32,000 bases of DNA, from the NCBI GenBank assembly GCA_046314475.1, contig JBKBWW010000008.1:10442-42441 (forward strand), in the 5' to 3' direction. The notes below the pieces were generated by a model, which saw nothing but the letters and a program-made list of their open reading frames with translations, made no database searches and was not told the DNA's origin. A program made the position numbers and the translations under genes. This DNA comes from Hydrogenophaga sp. Its GTDB lineage: Bacteria; Pseudomonadota; Gammaproteobacteria; Burkholderiales; Burkholderiaceae_C. Below, one piece after another: positions 8,875 to 17,389 of this stretch. Numbering within the stretch: the first letter of the stretch is position 1; the number at the start of each line of letters is the position of its first letter.

Positions 8875-9093
8875 ATGAAAGCAAAGCTTCAACGTCTCGC
8901 CGCTCTCTCCACCGTCGCCGTTTTCACGGCTGTCCCAGCGGTGGCTCAAACCGTGACGGCACAGCCCGACGTCACCGACGTGGTGGCCTACATGATCGCG
9001 GGCATCGGCACCATCGCCTTGGTCGGAAACGCCAAGCTGATCGTGCGTGGTGCCATGGCGGTTTTCCGCTGGGCCGGCTCGATGATCCGCTGA
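8875..9093 (+). CDS. Major coat protein (g8p-like)
   Basis: 72 aa. It has a signal peptide ending AVA|Q. The mature ~48-aa part has an acidic N-terminus (DVTDV), a hydrophobic core (MIAGIGTIALVG) and a basic C-terminus (K, R, R, R). An SD GGAG lies upstream. Confidence 0.8.
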   Translation: MKAKLQRLAALSTVAVFTAVPAVAQTVTAQPDVTDVVAYMIAGIGTIALVGNAKLIVRGAMAVFRWAGSMIR

Positions 9094-9213
9094 GCGATCA
9101 GCGACTCTCCCTCGCGTCCGGCCGGCGTGAGGGGCTTCACCAAAGCGCCATGGTGGCGCTTCGCTGAGGTACTAAATGGGTTTCTACTATCTCTTGGCAC
9201 TGCTGCCCGCTGC

Positions 9214-10545
9214 ATGGCTCATCTTGTCCGCCTGATCGTGCTCACGTGCGGCTTTGCATGGTCGGTTGCGGCCTACGCTCTGATCCCCACTGTTTCCACG
9301 AAGCAGTGGGCTCTCAGTGGCGGTGCCGGTTGGACCTATTCCCTCACAGAGTCTTGTCAGAGTTACCTGACGGCTGCATATGGTGCTGATCGCGGTGCGT
9401 CGCAAGGCATCGCGCTCGTGGGCGTCGACGAGAGTCTCAACCGTTGCAATCTTGCGCAGGATGGCAACCCCTTCAGCACTACCCGCTCGGCGCAAACCGT
9501 TCAGGCGTGCCCTGCGAATAGCACTCCTTCCGGTGCTTCATGCTCATGCACCTCGCCCTATGTTCAGAACAGCGCTGGTACGGCTTGCGAGTCTCCTCCC
9601 GATCCCTGCAACAACTTCGGAACTCTGCTGAGCAGTTACAACGGTAGCGTGCAGATGGTCAAGGGCGCCACCTCGGTGTGCATGGGTGGCTGTCAGGTCA
9701 ACTTCAAAGCCGGCTACGAAGGTGCCGATCTGTACGGCGCCGGGACAGATGGCGTCATGCGTGGTTGGGTGCCGATCGGGCAGCTTGAGAGTCCCAACGT
9801 GCAGGGCTCGTGCGTTTCACCCACTGAGCCGGTTGCAGAGCCGGTTGCAGACGTAGACCGGCCACCCGCTGGAACGTGTCCAGGTGAGGTCAACGGCGTG
9901 ACGGTCAATGTCCCTTGTTCGCAAACAGAGTCAACTACCTCTAAGTCCACGACCGAGAACGATGGCGCGGGCAACACCACCACCAGGAACGAGTCTAAGA
10001 GCACCACGTGCACCGCTGCAGGCAGTTGCACTACAACGACCACCACGACGACGACAGTCAACGGTGGGTCACCTACGACAAGCACCAAGACCTCTACGTT
10101 GGGCAAGGGCCAGTTCTGCTCAGAGAACCCAGGTGCCAAGGAGTGTGGTGACGGTGATGGTTCAGCGTTCGGCGGCTCCTGCGATGCCGGGTTCATCTGT
10201 GAAGGCGACGCCGTGCAATGTGCCCTCGCCAAGGAGGTCCATACCCAGCATTGCAAGCTGAACAAGGTCACTGACGAATCCACGCTGTACGGTGCTGAGA
10301 AAGGCCGCGACGGCGATCAGACCGGTGACCTCGAGGGCAATGAAACGATCCCCTTCGGCCCATCCAGCTACGACGATTCCGACGCCCTCGCTGGCGGCGC
10401 TTGCGTGTCTGACCTGGTGATCAATGAAGGCTGGATCTCCGCGACGCTTCCGCTCAGCATGATTTGCCCAAGTCTCGTGTGGTTCAGGTTCGCGCTGCTG
10501 GCCATCGGCTCGTTCGCGTGGATGTTGATCGTGTTCAGGAAGTAG
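9214..10545 (+). CDS. Adsorption / minor coat protein (g3p-like)
   Basis: It has a signal peptide MAHLVRLIVLTCGFAWSVAAYA, Cys-rich N-terminal modules, a Thr/Ser-rich linker including TTTTTTTT, and a C-terminal membrane anchor LVWFRFALLAIGSFAWMLIVFRK. Its position after g8p fits. The start is uncertain (GTG 9127 is an alternative). Confidence 0.7.
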   Translation: MAHLVRLIVLTCGFAWSVAAYALIPTVSTKQWALSGGAGWTYSLTESCQSYLTAAYGADRGASQGIALVGVDESLNRCNLAQDGNPFSTTRSAQTVQACPANSTPSGASCSCTSPYVQNSAGTACESPPDPCNNFGTLLSSYNGSVQMVKGATSVCMGGCQVNFKAGYEGADLYGAGTDGVMRGWVPIGQLESPNVQGSCVSPTEPVAEPVADVDRPPAGTCPGEVNGVTVNVPCSQTESTTSKSTTENDGAGNTTTRNESKSTTCTAAGSCTTTTTTTTTVNGGSPTTSTKTSTLGKGQFCSENPGAKECGDGDGSAFGGSCDAGFICEGDAVQCALAKEVHTQHCKLNKVTDESTLYGAEKGRDGDQTGDLEGNETIPFGPSSYDDSDALAGGACVSDLVINEGWISATLPLSMICPSLVWFRFALLAIGSFAWMLIVFRK

Positions 10546-10547
10546 AC

Positions 10548-10847
10548 ATGCCCATATTCCTTGCCTCGCTTCTCGGTGGTCTGATCTCTATCGTCGGCTC
10601 TCTGGTGCCGCGGGTGTTGGTGGCTCTCGGGATCAGCGTTGTCACCTACACCGGCTTGTCGGCAACGCTCGGGTTCGTCAAGGCCGAGATGCTGAACGCG
10701 CTCAGTGGCCTGCCCGCCGAGATGGTTGGCCTGCTCGGGTACATGGGTGTCGGCCAGTTCATCAACATCATCACCAGCGCCCTGCTCGCTCGCATGGTCT
10801 TGAACGGCCTCACCAGCGACACGCTGAAACAGTGGGTCAAGAAATGA
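10548..10847 (+). CDS. Minor coat protein (g6p-like, DUF2523-type)
   Basis: 99-aa polytopic hydrophobic protein between the g3p-like and Zot genes. Its stop overlaps the Zot ATG (ATGA). Confidence 0.6.
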   Translation: MPIFLASLLGGLISIVGSLVPRVLVALGISVVTYTGLSATLGFVKAEMLNALSGLPAEMVGLLGYMGVGQFINIITSALLARMVLNGLTSDTLKQWVKK

Positions 10848-11947
10848 TCACGCGCTCACTCCGCAAGCAGCGAGGTTTCGTCTACCTCAGCACTGGTGCC
10901 AATGGCACAGGCAAGACACTGTTCACCCTGCGCGACGTGCGCAATCTCCAGCTGGAGACCGACCGGCCGGTGTTCTATTGCGGCTTCACGCCCAAGCAGC
11001 CGATCCATGACTTCGGCTGGAAGCTCTTCGAGCCCGCGAAATGGCAGGATCTCCCCGATGGCTCCATCTGCGTGATCGACGAGTGCCAGGAGCACATGCC
11101 GGTGCGCGGCACCGGTCGCCCACCTGGTTGGATCGAGGCCATTAACAAGGAGCACCGTAAGCGTGGGTTCGATTTCTTTTTGCTCACCCAGCACCCGCTG
11201 AACTTTGACGCGTTTGTGCGGCGAGCCATCGCTACACCAGGCTGGCACCGACACTTCAAGACCAGTGCAATGACTGAGAGCTCCAACGAGCTCAAGTGGG
11301 CGTCTGTCGTTGACAACCCTCAGCGACCAGGCAGCGGTGACACCGGCACTGTCACGTCGAGGCCTTTCGACAAAGAGGTTTACACCTGGTACGAGAGTGC
11401 ATCGGCTCACACCGCCAAGCGCAAGATCCCGCTCAAGCTCATCATGGCCGGCGTGGGTCTGGTGGTCGCTGCGTGCATGATCGCCTGGGTTATCTGGAGT
11501 TTCTACGGCATGTCCCAGGGCAAAGACCTGCCACAGACCGAGCAGTCCGTCCCTGCACTGGTCCAAGCTGTTGCACCGGCACCTACCCCAGCGCGTAACG
11601 AGAAAACGCCTCTTACAGCGGCGCAGTACGCCGCGAGCTTTGTTCCTCGCATTCAAGGCCTGGAGCACACCGCCCCGGCCTACGACGCCATGACGACGCC
11701 CAAGGTGGTGCCGTTGCCTGCGGCCTGTGTCCAATGGACAGGCAAGGGCTGCAAGTGCTTCACGCAGCGCGGCACACCGTACCAGACCACCAACGAGATC
11801 TGCGTGCAGATCGTTCGGCACGGGATCTTCCTGCCCTTCGAGCAAGAGCCCTCTCCCCAACCCGGGGAACCGTCGCGAGGATCTGCCGTTCTCGTCTCTG
11901 GAGACAACACGGGGACCCGCAGCAGCCCCCCTGTGGGGCGCCCGTAG
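10844..11947 (+). CDS. zot: Zonula occludens toxin-like assembly ATPase (g1p/Zot)
   Basis: It has an N-terminal Walker A GANGTGKT (10895-10918) and a Walker-B-like ICVIDECQ. A central TM helix (LIMAGVGLVVAACMIAWVIWSFY) is followed by a periplasmic C-terminal part. It is the last gene of the phage module. Confidence 0.85.
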   Translation: MITRSLRKQRGFVYLSTGANGTGKTLFTLRDVRNLQLETDRPVFYCGFTPKQPIHDFGWKLFEPAKWQDLPDGSICVIDECQEHMPVRGTGRPPGWIEAINKEHRKRGFDFFLLTQHPLNFDAFVRRAIATPGWHRHFKTSAMTESSNELKWASVVDNPQRPGSGDTGTVTSRPFDKEVYTWYESASAHTAKRKIPLKLIMAGVGLVVAACMIAWVIWSFYGMSQGKDLPQTEQSVPALVQAVAPAPTPARNEKTPLTAAQYAASFVPRIQGLEHTAPAYDAMTTPKVVPLPAACVQWTGKGCKCFTQRGTPYQTTNEICVQIVRHGIFLPFEQEPSPQPGEPSRGSAVLVSGDNTGTRSSPPVGRP

Positions 11948-12038
11948 GGCTGTGGGGCAGGGGTATGGGGCAGCAGGCCCCATGTCAACGTCCGAGCTCC
12001 ACTGGCCTGCTCCGAAGCGTGTCGATCCTGCTACAGTG

Positions 12039-12075
12039 AAAAAAAAAGGCCCCAAGGGGCCTTTATGCATTTTTG
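12039..12075 (+). terminator. Hairpin GGCCCC-aa-GGGGCC flanked by an A-run and T-rich tail (rho-independent terminator at the phage right end)
   Basis: The stem is at 12048-12053 / 12056-12061. An A9 tract precedes it and TTTATGCATTTTT follows it. Confidence 0.6.
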
Positions 12076-12084
12076 AGACTTTAA

Positions 12085-12112
12085 CTTTACAAGTCTATAC
12101 ATCGTGGAATAT
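12085..12112 (-). repeat. Right prophage junction, dif-like 28-mer with degenerate XerD-side arm (minus strand ATATTCCACGA-TGTATA-GACTTGTAAAG)
   Basis: Direct repeat of the left junction over one arm plus the central hexamer. The other arm is unrelated, which is the hybrid pattern expected after Xer-type recombination between a host site and a phage attP. Confidence 0.5.
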
Positions 12113-12130
12113 CAAAGATCAGGCTTGTCG

Positions 12131-12166
12131 CCCCACAAAAAGGAAAACCCGACGCAAGGTCGGGCT
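12131..12166 (-). terminator. Rho-independent terminator of tctA
   Basis: On the minus strand the hairpin CCCGAC-cttgc-GTCGGG is followed by TTTTCCTTTTTGT. It lies 28 nt downstream of the tctA stop. Confidence 0.7.
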
Positions 12167-12193
12167 CTCCGGGGCGAATCGACCGAGCTGCGC

Positions 12194-13705
12194 TCAGTCC
12201 TCGACGAAAGCTTCTTCACGCTTCTTCTTGATCGCCGGCAGCAACACGATGGCCAGGAGGAGCAAGGCGGCTGCGAGCAGCGAGGCGGAAATGGGACGGG
12301 TCACGAACACCGACCAGTCGCCGCGCGAGATCAGCAAGGCGCGGCGCAGGTACTCTTCCATCATGGGACCGAGGATCAGGCCCAGCAGCAACGGAGCGGG
12401 CTCGCAGCCGAGTTTGATGAAGCTGTAACCGATCAGGCCGAACACGGCCACCATCCAGATGTCGAAGCTGTTGTTGTTGGTCGAATAAACGCCGATCGCG
12501 CAGAACAGCAGGATGGCCGGAAACAACCAGCGGTAAGGCACGGACAGCAGCTTCACCCAGACGCCGATCAGTGGCAGGTTCAACACCACGAGCATCAGGT
12601 TGCCGATCCACATCGACGCGATCAGTCCCCAGAACAGCTCGGGGTTGGAGGTCATCACCTGTGGACCCGGCTGGATGTTGTGGATGGTCATCGCGCCAAC
12701 CATCAGCGCCATCACGGCGTTGGGGGGAATGCCCAGCGTGAGCAACGGGATGAACGAGGTTTGCGAACCGGCGTTGTTGGCCGACTCGGGAGCCGCGACG
12801 CCGCGGATGTTGCCCTGGCCAAAAGGAACTTCGCCCGGCTTGAGCTTGGTCTTCTTCTCGATGGTGTAGGCCGCAAACGACGACAGCAACGCACCGCCAC
12901 CGGGCAGGATGCCCAGCACGGAGCCCAGGGCCGTGCCGCGCAGGACAGCGGGCAACATGCGTTTGAAGTCTTCCTTCGTGGGCATGAGGCCATGCACCTT
13001 GCCGGTGAACACTTGCCGTTCGCTCTCGTCCTGAGACAGGTTGCTGATGATCTCGCCGTAACCAAAGATACCCATGGCGATCACGACGAAGTTGATGCCA
13101 TCGGTCAACTCCGGGATGTCGAAGCTGAAACGGGCGACGCCGGAGTTCACATCGGTGCCGACCAGACCGATCAGCAGACCCAGCACGATCATGGCCAGCG
13201 CCTTGAGCAGCGAACCCGAGGCCAGAACCACGGCGCCGATGAGGCCCAGCACCATCAGTGCGAAGTACTCGGAGGGGCCGAAACTCAGCGCCACCTCGGT
13301 CAGCGGCGGCGCAAACGCGGCCAGCACGAGGGTGCCCACGCAACCCGCAAAGAACGAGCCGAGGCCCGCGGCTGCGAGCGCAGGACCTGCCCTGCCCTTG
13401 CGCGCCATCTGGTAACCGTCGATCACGGTCACGACCGAGGACGACTCGCCTGGCAGGTTGACCAGAATGGCGGTGGTCGATCCACCATACTGCGCGCCGT
13501 AGTAAATGCCGGCCAGCATGATGAGCGCTGCCACGGGCTCCAGGCCGTAGGTCACGGGCAGCAACATGGCGATGGTGGCCAGCGGGCCGATGCCCGGCAA
13601 CACGCCGATGAGCGTGCCCAGCAGGCAGCCCACAAACGCATAAATCAGATTCTGGAGGGTGAACGCGACACTGAAGCCCAGTGCGAGGTTGTCAAAGAGT
13701 TCCAT
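12194..13705 (-). CDS. tctA: Tripartite tricarboxylate transporter large permease TctA
   Basis: 503-aa polytopic protein. The N-terminus MELFDNLALGF...GVLPGIGPLATIAMLLP...YYGAQYGGSTTAILVNLPGE is characteristic of TctA. Confidence 0.92.
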   Translation of the reverse strand: MELFDNLALGFSVAFTLQNLIYAFVGCLLGTLIGVLPGIGPLATIAMLLPVTYGLEPVAALIMLAGIYYGAQYGGSTTAILVNLPGESSSVVTVIDGYQMARKGRAGPALAAAGLGSFFAGCVGTLVLAAFAPPLTEVALSFGPSEYFALMVLGLIGAVVLASGSLLKALAMIVLGLLIGLVGTDVNSGVARFSFDIPELTDGINFVVIAMGIFGYGEIISNLSQDESERQVFTGKVHGLMPTKEDFKRMLPAVLRGTALGSVLGILPGGGALLSSFAAYTIEKKTKLKPGEVPFGQGNIRGVAAPESANNAGSQTSFIPLLTLGIPPNAVMALMVGAMTIHNIQPGPQVMTSNPELFWGLIASMWIGNLMLVVLNLPLIGVWVKLLSVPYRWLFPAILLFCAIGVYSTNNNSFDIWMVAVFGLIGYSFIKLGCEPAPLLLGLILGPMMEEYLRRALLISRGDWSVFVTRPISASLLAAALLLLAIVLLPAIKKKREEAFVED

Positions 13706-13720
13706 GAGGGTTGTCTCCGG

Positions 13721-14209
13721 TCAGGCGGTCAGGAAGGCAGGCCACACCGGGAACTGCAGGTTGAGCATGTAGACGAAGGCGCCGTAGCTGCCGACCGCGA
13801 GCAAGGTTGCCAGGATCAGGGATTCCTTGATGTCGCACTTGGGGCGCGCGTAGCCGGCGATGATCACCAGGCCGTAGATGGCGGCGATGAAGCCCATGGC
13901 TGGAATGCCCAGCGAAGGCAAACCCACCAGCAGTGCGCCGAAGGCCAGGTTGGCGCCAAGCACGAAGCCCAGCGGGCGCCATGCAATCTTTCCGATGGGG
14001 TCACCGTCGGGCGCCTTGCTGCGAAAGGACTGGATCGTGATTACGATGCCGAGGGCCGTGAGCAAGATTCCGAGCAGCAACGGGAAATACCCGGGGCCCA
14101 TGCGGGCTGCAGTGCCCACGTCGAAGCTCGTTGCACCCATGGCGAACGAACCGCCCACGATGGTGAACATCAAACCAGAGAAAAAGTCTTTTTGACTTGC
14201 CAGCTTCAC
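13721..14209 (-). CDS. tctB: Tripartite tricarboxylate transporter small permease TctB
   Basis: 162 aa with 4 TM segments, directly upstream of tctA. I chose the GTG at 14209 because a strong SD GGAGGAG lies 5-6 nt upstream. The track start at 14302 was rejected. Confidence 0.8.
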   Translation of the reverse strand: MKLASQKDFFSGLMFTIVGGSFAMGATSFDVGTAARMGPGYFPLLLGILLTALGIVITIQSFRSKAPDGDPIGKIAWRPLGFVLGANLAFGALLVGLPSLGIPAMGFIAAIYGLVIIAGYARPKCDIKESLILATLLAVGSYGAFVYMLNLQFPVWPAFLTA

Positions 14210-14338
14210 AGTGTCTCCTCCAAATATTGGTTCTGGCGATTCTGATCCGGTCAAGGCAATTGCCCCATGTGGGTTACACCTACAAGACAGACCCGGGAAC
14301 ACGCCCGGTTTGTGCTGGAGAACCGTGGCGGCGCACGG

Positions 14339-15019
14339 CTACCAGCGGCCTTTGGGCTGTCTGGCCCGGACGAACGCAGCAATGATTTCCGCCGATTCAG
14401 CGCGCTGCGCCCGGTTGGCGAAGTCGATGGCCGACAGGCCTTGCTGGTTCTTGAGCAGCGGGTCGGCGCCCTCTTCCAGCAACAGTTTGACGACCGTGGG
14501 GTGGCCGTAGTGGGCCGCCATCATCAGCGGCGTGGATCCGTTGGGTGACTCGGCATCAATATAGGCATGGTGCTCCAGCAACAGACGCACCATGGGCAAG
14601 CTCTCGGCGTCGGCGTTGGTGGCGGCGTAGTGCAGCGGCGCCCAGCCCGGTTTGTTCACTTCGGCCTTGCGCTCGATCAGGCGCCGAGCCACTTCCAGCC
14701 GGCCTTTGAGCGCGGCCATCATCAGCGGGCTTTCGTCCTTGGGGGTGCGCACCTCCACCTGCACCGTGTTTTGGCCGAGCAGAAACACGGACACGGCAGG
14801 CGCGTCGTCACGCAGGGCAAGGAACAGCGCATGTTCACCCGCCTCGTTGCGCGTGTTCAGGTCAAACCCGCGCTGTGCCAGCTGGCGCAGCGCTCTCACA
14901 TCGTCGCGTTTCACGGCCGAAAAGAAGTCGTCGAACGAGTTGGCCCAGACGGTGGCGGATGCCACCAACAAAAGACACATGAATCCTTTTAAAACAATTT
15001 TCTTTTCAGGTTTGTTCAT
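14339..15019 (-). CDS. Secreted ankyrin-repeat protein
   Basis: It has a signal peptide MNKPEKKIVLKGFMCLLLVASATVWA. Several ANK repeats are present (SPLMMAALKGRLEVARRLIERKAEVN, WAPLHYAA, STPLMMAAHYGHPTVVKLLLEEGADP). The ATG at 15019 overlaps the ycfH stop by 14 nt. Confidence 0.85.
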   Translation of the reverse strand: MNKPEKKIVLKGFMCLLLVASATVWANSFDDFFSAVKRDDVRALRQLAQRGFDLNTRNEAGEHALFLALRDDAPAVSVFLLGQNTVQVEVRTPKDESPLMMAALKGRLEVARRLIERKAEVNKPGWAPLHYAATNADAESLPMVRLLLEHHAYIDAESPNGSTPLMMAAHYGHPTVVKLLLEEGADPLLKNQQGLSAIDFANRAQRAESAEIIAAFVRARQPKGRW

Positions 15020-15854
15020 GTGATTTCTCAAGACTTTTGACCGTTGTGGGTGATGTGACACGGTCAAACAAGGCATCGAAATTGGCGCTGGTGGTGTGCG
15101 CTACCTCGGCCGCCGTCAGCCCTTTGATTTGTGCGATCTGCTCGGCCACCCAGGGAACGAAGGCGGGTGAGTTGGTTTTGCCGCGGTGGGGCACGGGTGC
15201 CAGGTAGGGGCTGTCGGTTTCGATCAGCATCCGGTCCATGGGCACGAAGGCGGCCACCTCGCGGATGTCGCTGGCGCTGCGGAAGGTGAGGATGCCGGAG
15301 AACGAAATGTAAAAGCCCAGGTCGAGCGCGGCACGCGCCACCTCGGTCGTTTCGGTGAAGCAGTGAAACACCCCGCGCGCCAGCGGTAGCGAGCCGGCAT
15401 CGCCCTTGAAGCCGCCCGCCTCCCGCAGGATGGCCAGGGTGTCGTCGGACGCGCTTCGGGTGTGAATGACCAAAGGCAGATCGGTCATGCGCGCAGCCTG
15501 GATGTGGGTGCGGTAGCGGGTGCGCTGCCATTCCATGTCGGCCACGGTGCGTTCGCCCAAGCGGTAATAGTCGAGCCCGGTCTCGCCAATGCCGACGACC
15601 TTGGGTCGCCCTGCCCGCTCCAGCAGATCGTCCAGCGTGGGCTCCTGAACACCCTCGTTGTCGGGGTGCACGCCCACGGTTGACCAGAGGTTGGCGTGTT
15701 CACGCGCCAAACTGTGCACGTCTTCGAACTCCTCCAGCGTGGTGCAGATGCACAGGGCCCGGTCCACCTGAGCCTGGGCCATGGCGTTCAAGATGTCCGG
15801 CAGGCGGCTTTTCAGCTCGGGAAAACTCAGGTGGCAGTGGGAATCGGTGAACAT
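15006..15854 (-). CDS. ycfH: TatD-family metal-dependent hydrolase (YcfH-type)
   Basis: It starts MFTDSHCHL and has later TatD motifs (GETGLDYY, VIHTR, FHCF, IETDSPYL). The conserved position downstream of holB/pilZ fits. Confidence 0.9.
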   Translation of the reverse strand: MFTDSHCHLSFPELKSRLPDILNAMAQAQVDRALCICTTLEEFEDVHSLAREHANLWSTVGVHPDNEGVQEPTLDDLLERAGRPKVVGIGETGLDYYRLGERTVADMEWQRTRYRTHIQAARMTDLPLVIHTRSASDDTLAILREAGGFKGDAGSLPLARGVFHCFTETTEVARAALDLGFYISFSGILTFRSASDIREVAAFVPMDRMLIETDSPYLAPVPHRGKTNSPAFVPWVAEQIAQIKGLTAAEVAHTTSANFDALFDRVTSPTTVKSLEKSHEQT

Positions 15855-15930
15855 GCGGACCCTGGAATGGGGGCAACGGCTTTCGGGCCCGTGAAGGCCC
15901 GATCAACAACGTCGCGCGGGTGAGGCCGGC

Positions 15931-16302
15931 TCAGAGCGTCTGGGTGGCGCGGTCGGAGCCGAGGTTGGCGCCGAGGATTTCTTCGATCTTCAGCTTGAGC
16001 ATGCGGGATTTCTCGTCCGCCGGGAAGCGGATGCCGACGCCCTGCGTGCGGCCGCCTGAGGCTTTGGCTGGCGTGACCCAGGCCACCTTGCCCGCCACGG
16101 GGTAGCGCTGTGGATCGTCGGGCAGGCTGAGCAGCACATACACGTCGTCACCGAGCCGGTATTCGCGCGACGACGGGATGAAGATGCCGCCGTCGGCAAA
16201 GAGGGGGATGTAAGCCGCGTAGAGCGCCGCCTTCTCCTTGATGGAGAGCTGGATCACGCTCGGGCGGGCTGCGGCCGCCGAGGGAGAAGGGTTTGTGCTC
16301 AT
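15931..16302 (-). CDS. pilZ: PilZ-domain protein (type IV pilus assembly PilZ-like)
   Basis: 123 aa with ...YIPLFADGGIFIPS...LGDDVYVLLSLPDD...GKVAWVTP...GVGIRF. It lies next to holB, as in Pseudomonas pilZ-holB-tmk. Confidence 0.8.
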   Translation of the reverse strand: MSTNPSPSAAAARPSVIQLSIKEKAALYAAYIPLFADGGIFIPSSREYRLGDDVYVLLSLPDDPQRYPVAGKVAWVTPAKASGGRTQGVGIRFPADEKSRMLKLKIEEILGANLGSDRATQTL

Positions 16303-16345
16303 CGCGCCGAGTTTAGCGGCATTCCTTTCCCCGGTGCACGGCGGT

Positions 16346-17389
16346 TCATGGCGTCCGTGCAGCGAGCACCTGCCGCGTTCGGGCGGCCCAGGCTTCCTGC
16401 ATGAGACCTGCGTTGTAGGGGTGTTCCACCGAGCGCGCGGCCTGCATCAGTTCGCGCGACCACGCGGCCAGCGCGGTCCAGCGCGGCGCGGTGGGCAGTT
16501 CGGCGGCCGGGAAAAACCGGGCTGGCGCGCCGCAGGCGTGGGCCATCAGGTCGTGGCAGAGTTTCTGCAACACCGCCAGCTGCTGGGCCGCAGGCCAGTC
16601 GGACAGCACCGACCAGTCGCCCCGCGCCAGCGCCTTGGGCAGACCCGACCAGGTTTGTGCGTTCAATCCGCTCGCAGCCCAGGTCAGGGCGTCGTCGGGC
16701 CGTCCACCCGCCGCCTGCAACCAGACCGCAGCCTGGGCCTGCGTAGGCGCGGTGGTTGCAGACTTGCCACCGGTCTGCGCGGCAGTCACTTCATCCACCA
16801 ACCAGGCCAGTGCCGCCTGGGCCTCGGGCCAAACCATGGCATGTGTCTGGCAGCGGCTGCGGATGGTGGGCAGCAACTGGTGCGCTGACTCGCTGGCCAG
16901 GATGAAACGCACCTCGCCCACCGGCTCTTCCAGCGTTTTCAGCAAGGTGTTGGCCGACTCCATGTTCATGCGCTCGGCCGGGTACACCAGGATCACCTTG
17001 GTGGAGCCACGCGAGCGGGTGGTTTGGGTGAATGCCACCGCATCGCGCGCGGCTTCCACGCGGATCAGCTTGCTGGGTTTGCGCTTCTTGTCGTCGATCT
17101 CTTTTTGCGCGCTCTCGTCCAGCGGCCAGCCCAGCTCCAGGCTGAGCACCTCGGGCATGAGGGCGCACAGGTCGGCATGGGTGCGCACGTCGATGGCGTG
17201 ACAGCTGGCGCATTCGCCGCAGGCGCCCTGCTCCGTGGGCCGTTCGCACAGCCAGGCGCGCGCCAGCGCCAGCGCCAGGTCGTATTGGCCGAGTCCGGAC
17301 GGGCCCGCGAGCAAGAGCGCGTGGCCGCGCTGGGCCAACAAACTGGTCAGTTGGGTCTGCAGCCAGGGGGCCAGAACGGCTGAGCTCAT
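16346..17389 (-). CDS. holB: DNA polymerase III subunit delta prime
   Basis: The N-terminus PWLQ...[13 protein letters not shown] and a zinc-module-like CGECASCH are present. Its start ATG overlaps the tmk stop (ATGA). The track start at 17449 was trimmed. Confidence 0.85.
   Translation of the reverse strand: MSSAVLAPWLQTQLTSLLAQRGHALLLAGPSGLGQYDLALALARAWLCERPTEQGACGECASCHAIDVRTHADLCALMPEVLSLELGWPLDESAQKEIDDKKRKPSKLIRVEAARDAVAFTQTTRSRGSTKVILVYPAERMNMESANTLLKTLEEPVGEVRFILASESAHQLLPTIRSRCQTHAMVWPEAQAALAWLVDEVTAAQTGGKSATTAPTQAQAAVWLQAAGGRPDDALTWAASGLNAQTWSGLPKALARGDWSVLSDWPAAQQLAVLQKLCHDLMAHACGAPARFFPAAELPTAPRWTALAAWSRELMQAARSVEHPYNAGLMQEAWAARTRQVLAARTP

Larger units (their letters stand above)
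6219..12112. mobile_element. Integrated filamentous (Inoviridae-like) prophage, ~5.9 kb, with no integrase or secretin gene
   Basis: The gene order matches a canonical inovirus: divergent repressor, Rep_trans initiator, small ssDNA-binding candidate, small membrane proteins, g8p-like coat, g3p-like, g6p-like, Zot/g1p. Imperfect direct repeats flank it at 6230-6246 and 12096-12112. GC is lower than in the flanks (60-nt spot counts: ~52% at 8341-8400 versus ~70% at 2041-2100). Confidence 0.85.

Noticed and set aside
9175-9234. 19-codon hydrophobic ORF (MGFYYLLALLPAAWLILSA) with a GAGG Shine-Dalgarno, overlapping the g3p-like start
   Set aside because: It is too short to support from sequence alone. 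It could be a leader or coupling ORF or a tiny g9p-like protein, but there is no independent evidence. It is not reported as a feature.
10856-12070. 404-aa minus-strand ORF across the Zot gene, and similar shadow ORFs (3728-4390 +, 4458-5117 +, 18051-19139 +, 19628-20680 -, 21039-21965 +, 21877-22872 +, 22866-24065 +, 26728-27909 -)
   Set aside because: All lie antisense to, or out of frame with, genes that have clear family motifs. Their translations are low-complexity and Arg/Gly/His/Pro-rich, and their codon third positions do not carry the GC bias.
12104-14245. 713-aa plus-strand ORF over tctA/tctB
   Set aside because: Its composition is extremely rich in Gln, His, Arg, Gly and Asp with no recognisable motifs. 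It is antisense to canonical TctA and TctB membrane proteins, which carry the better GC3 signal.
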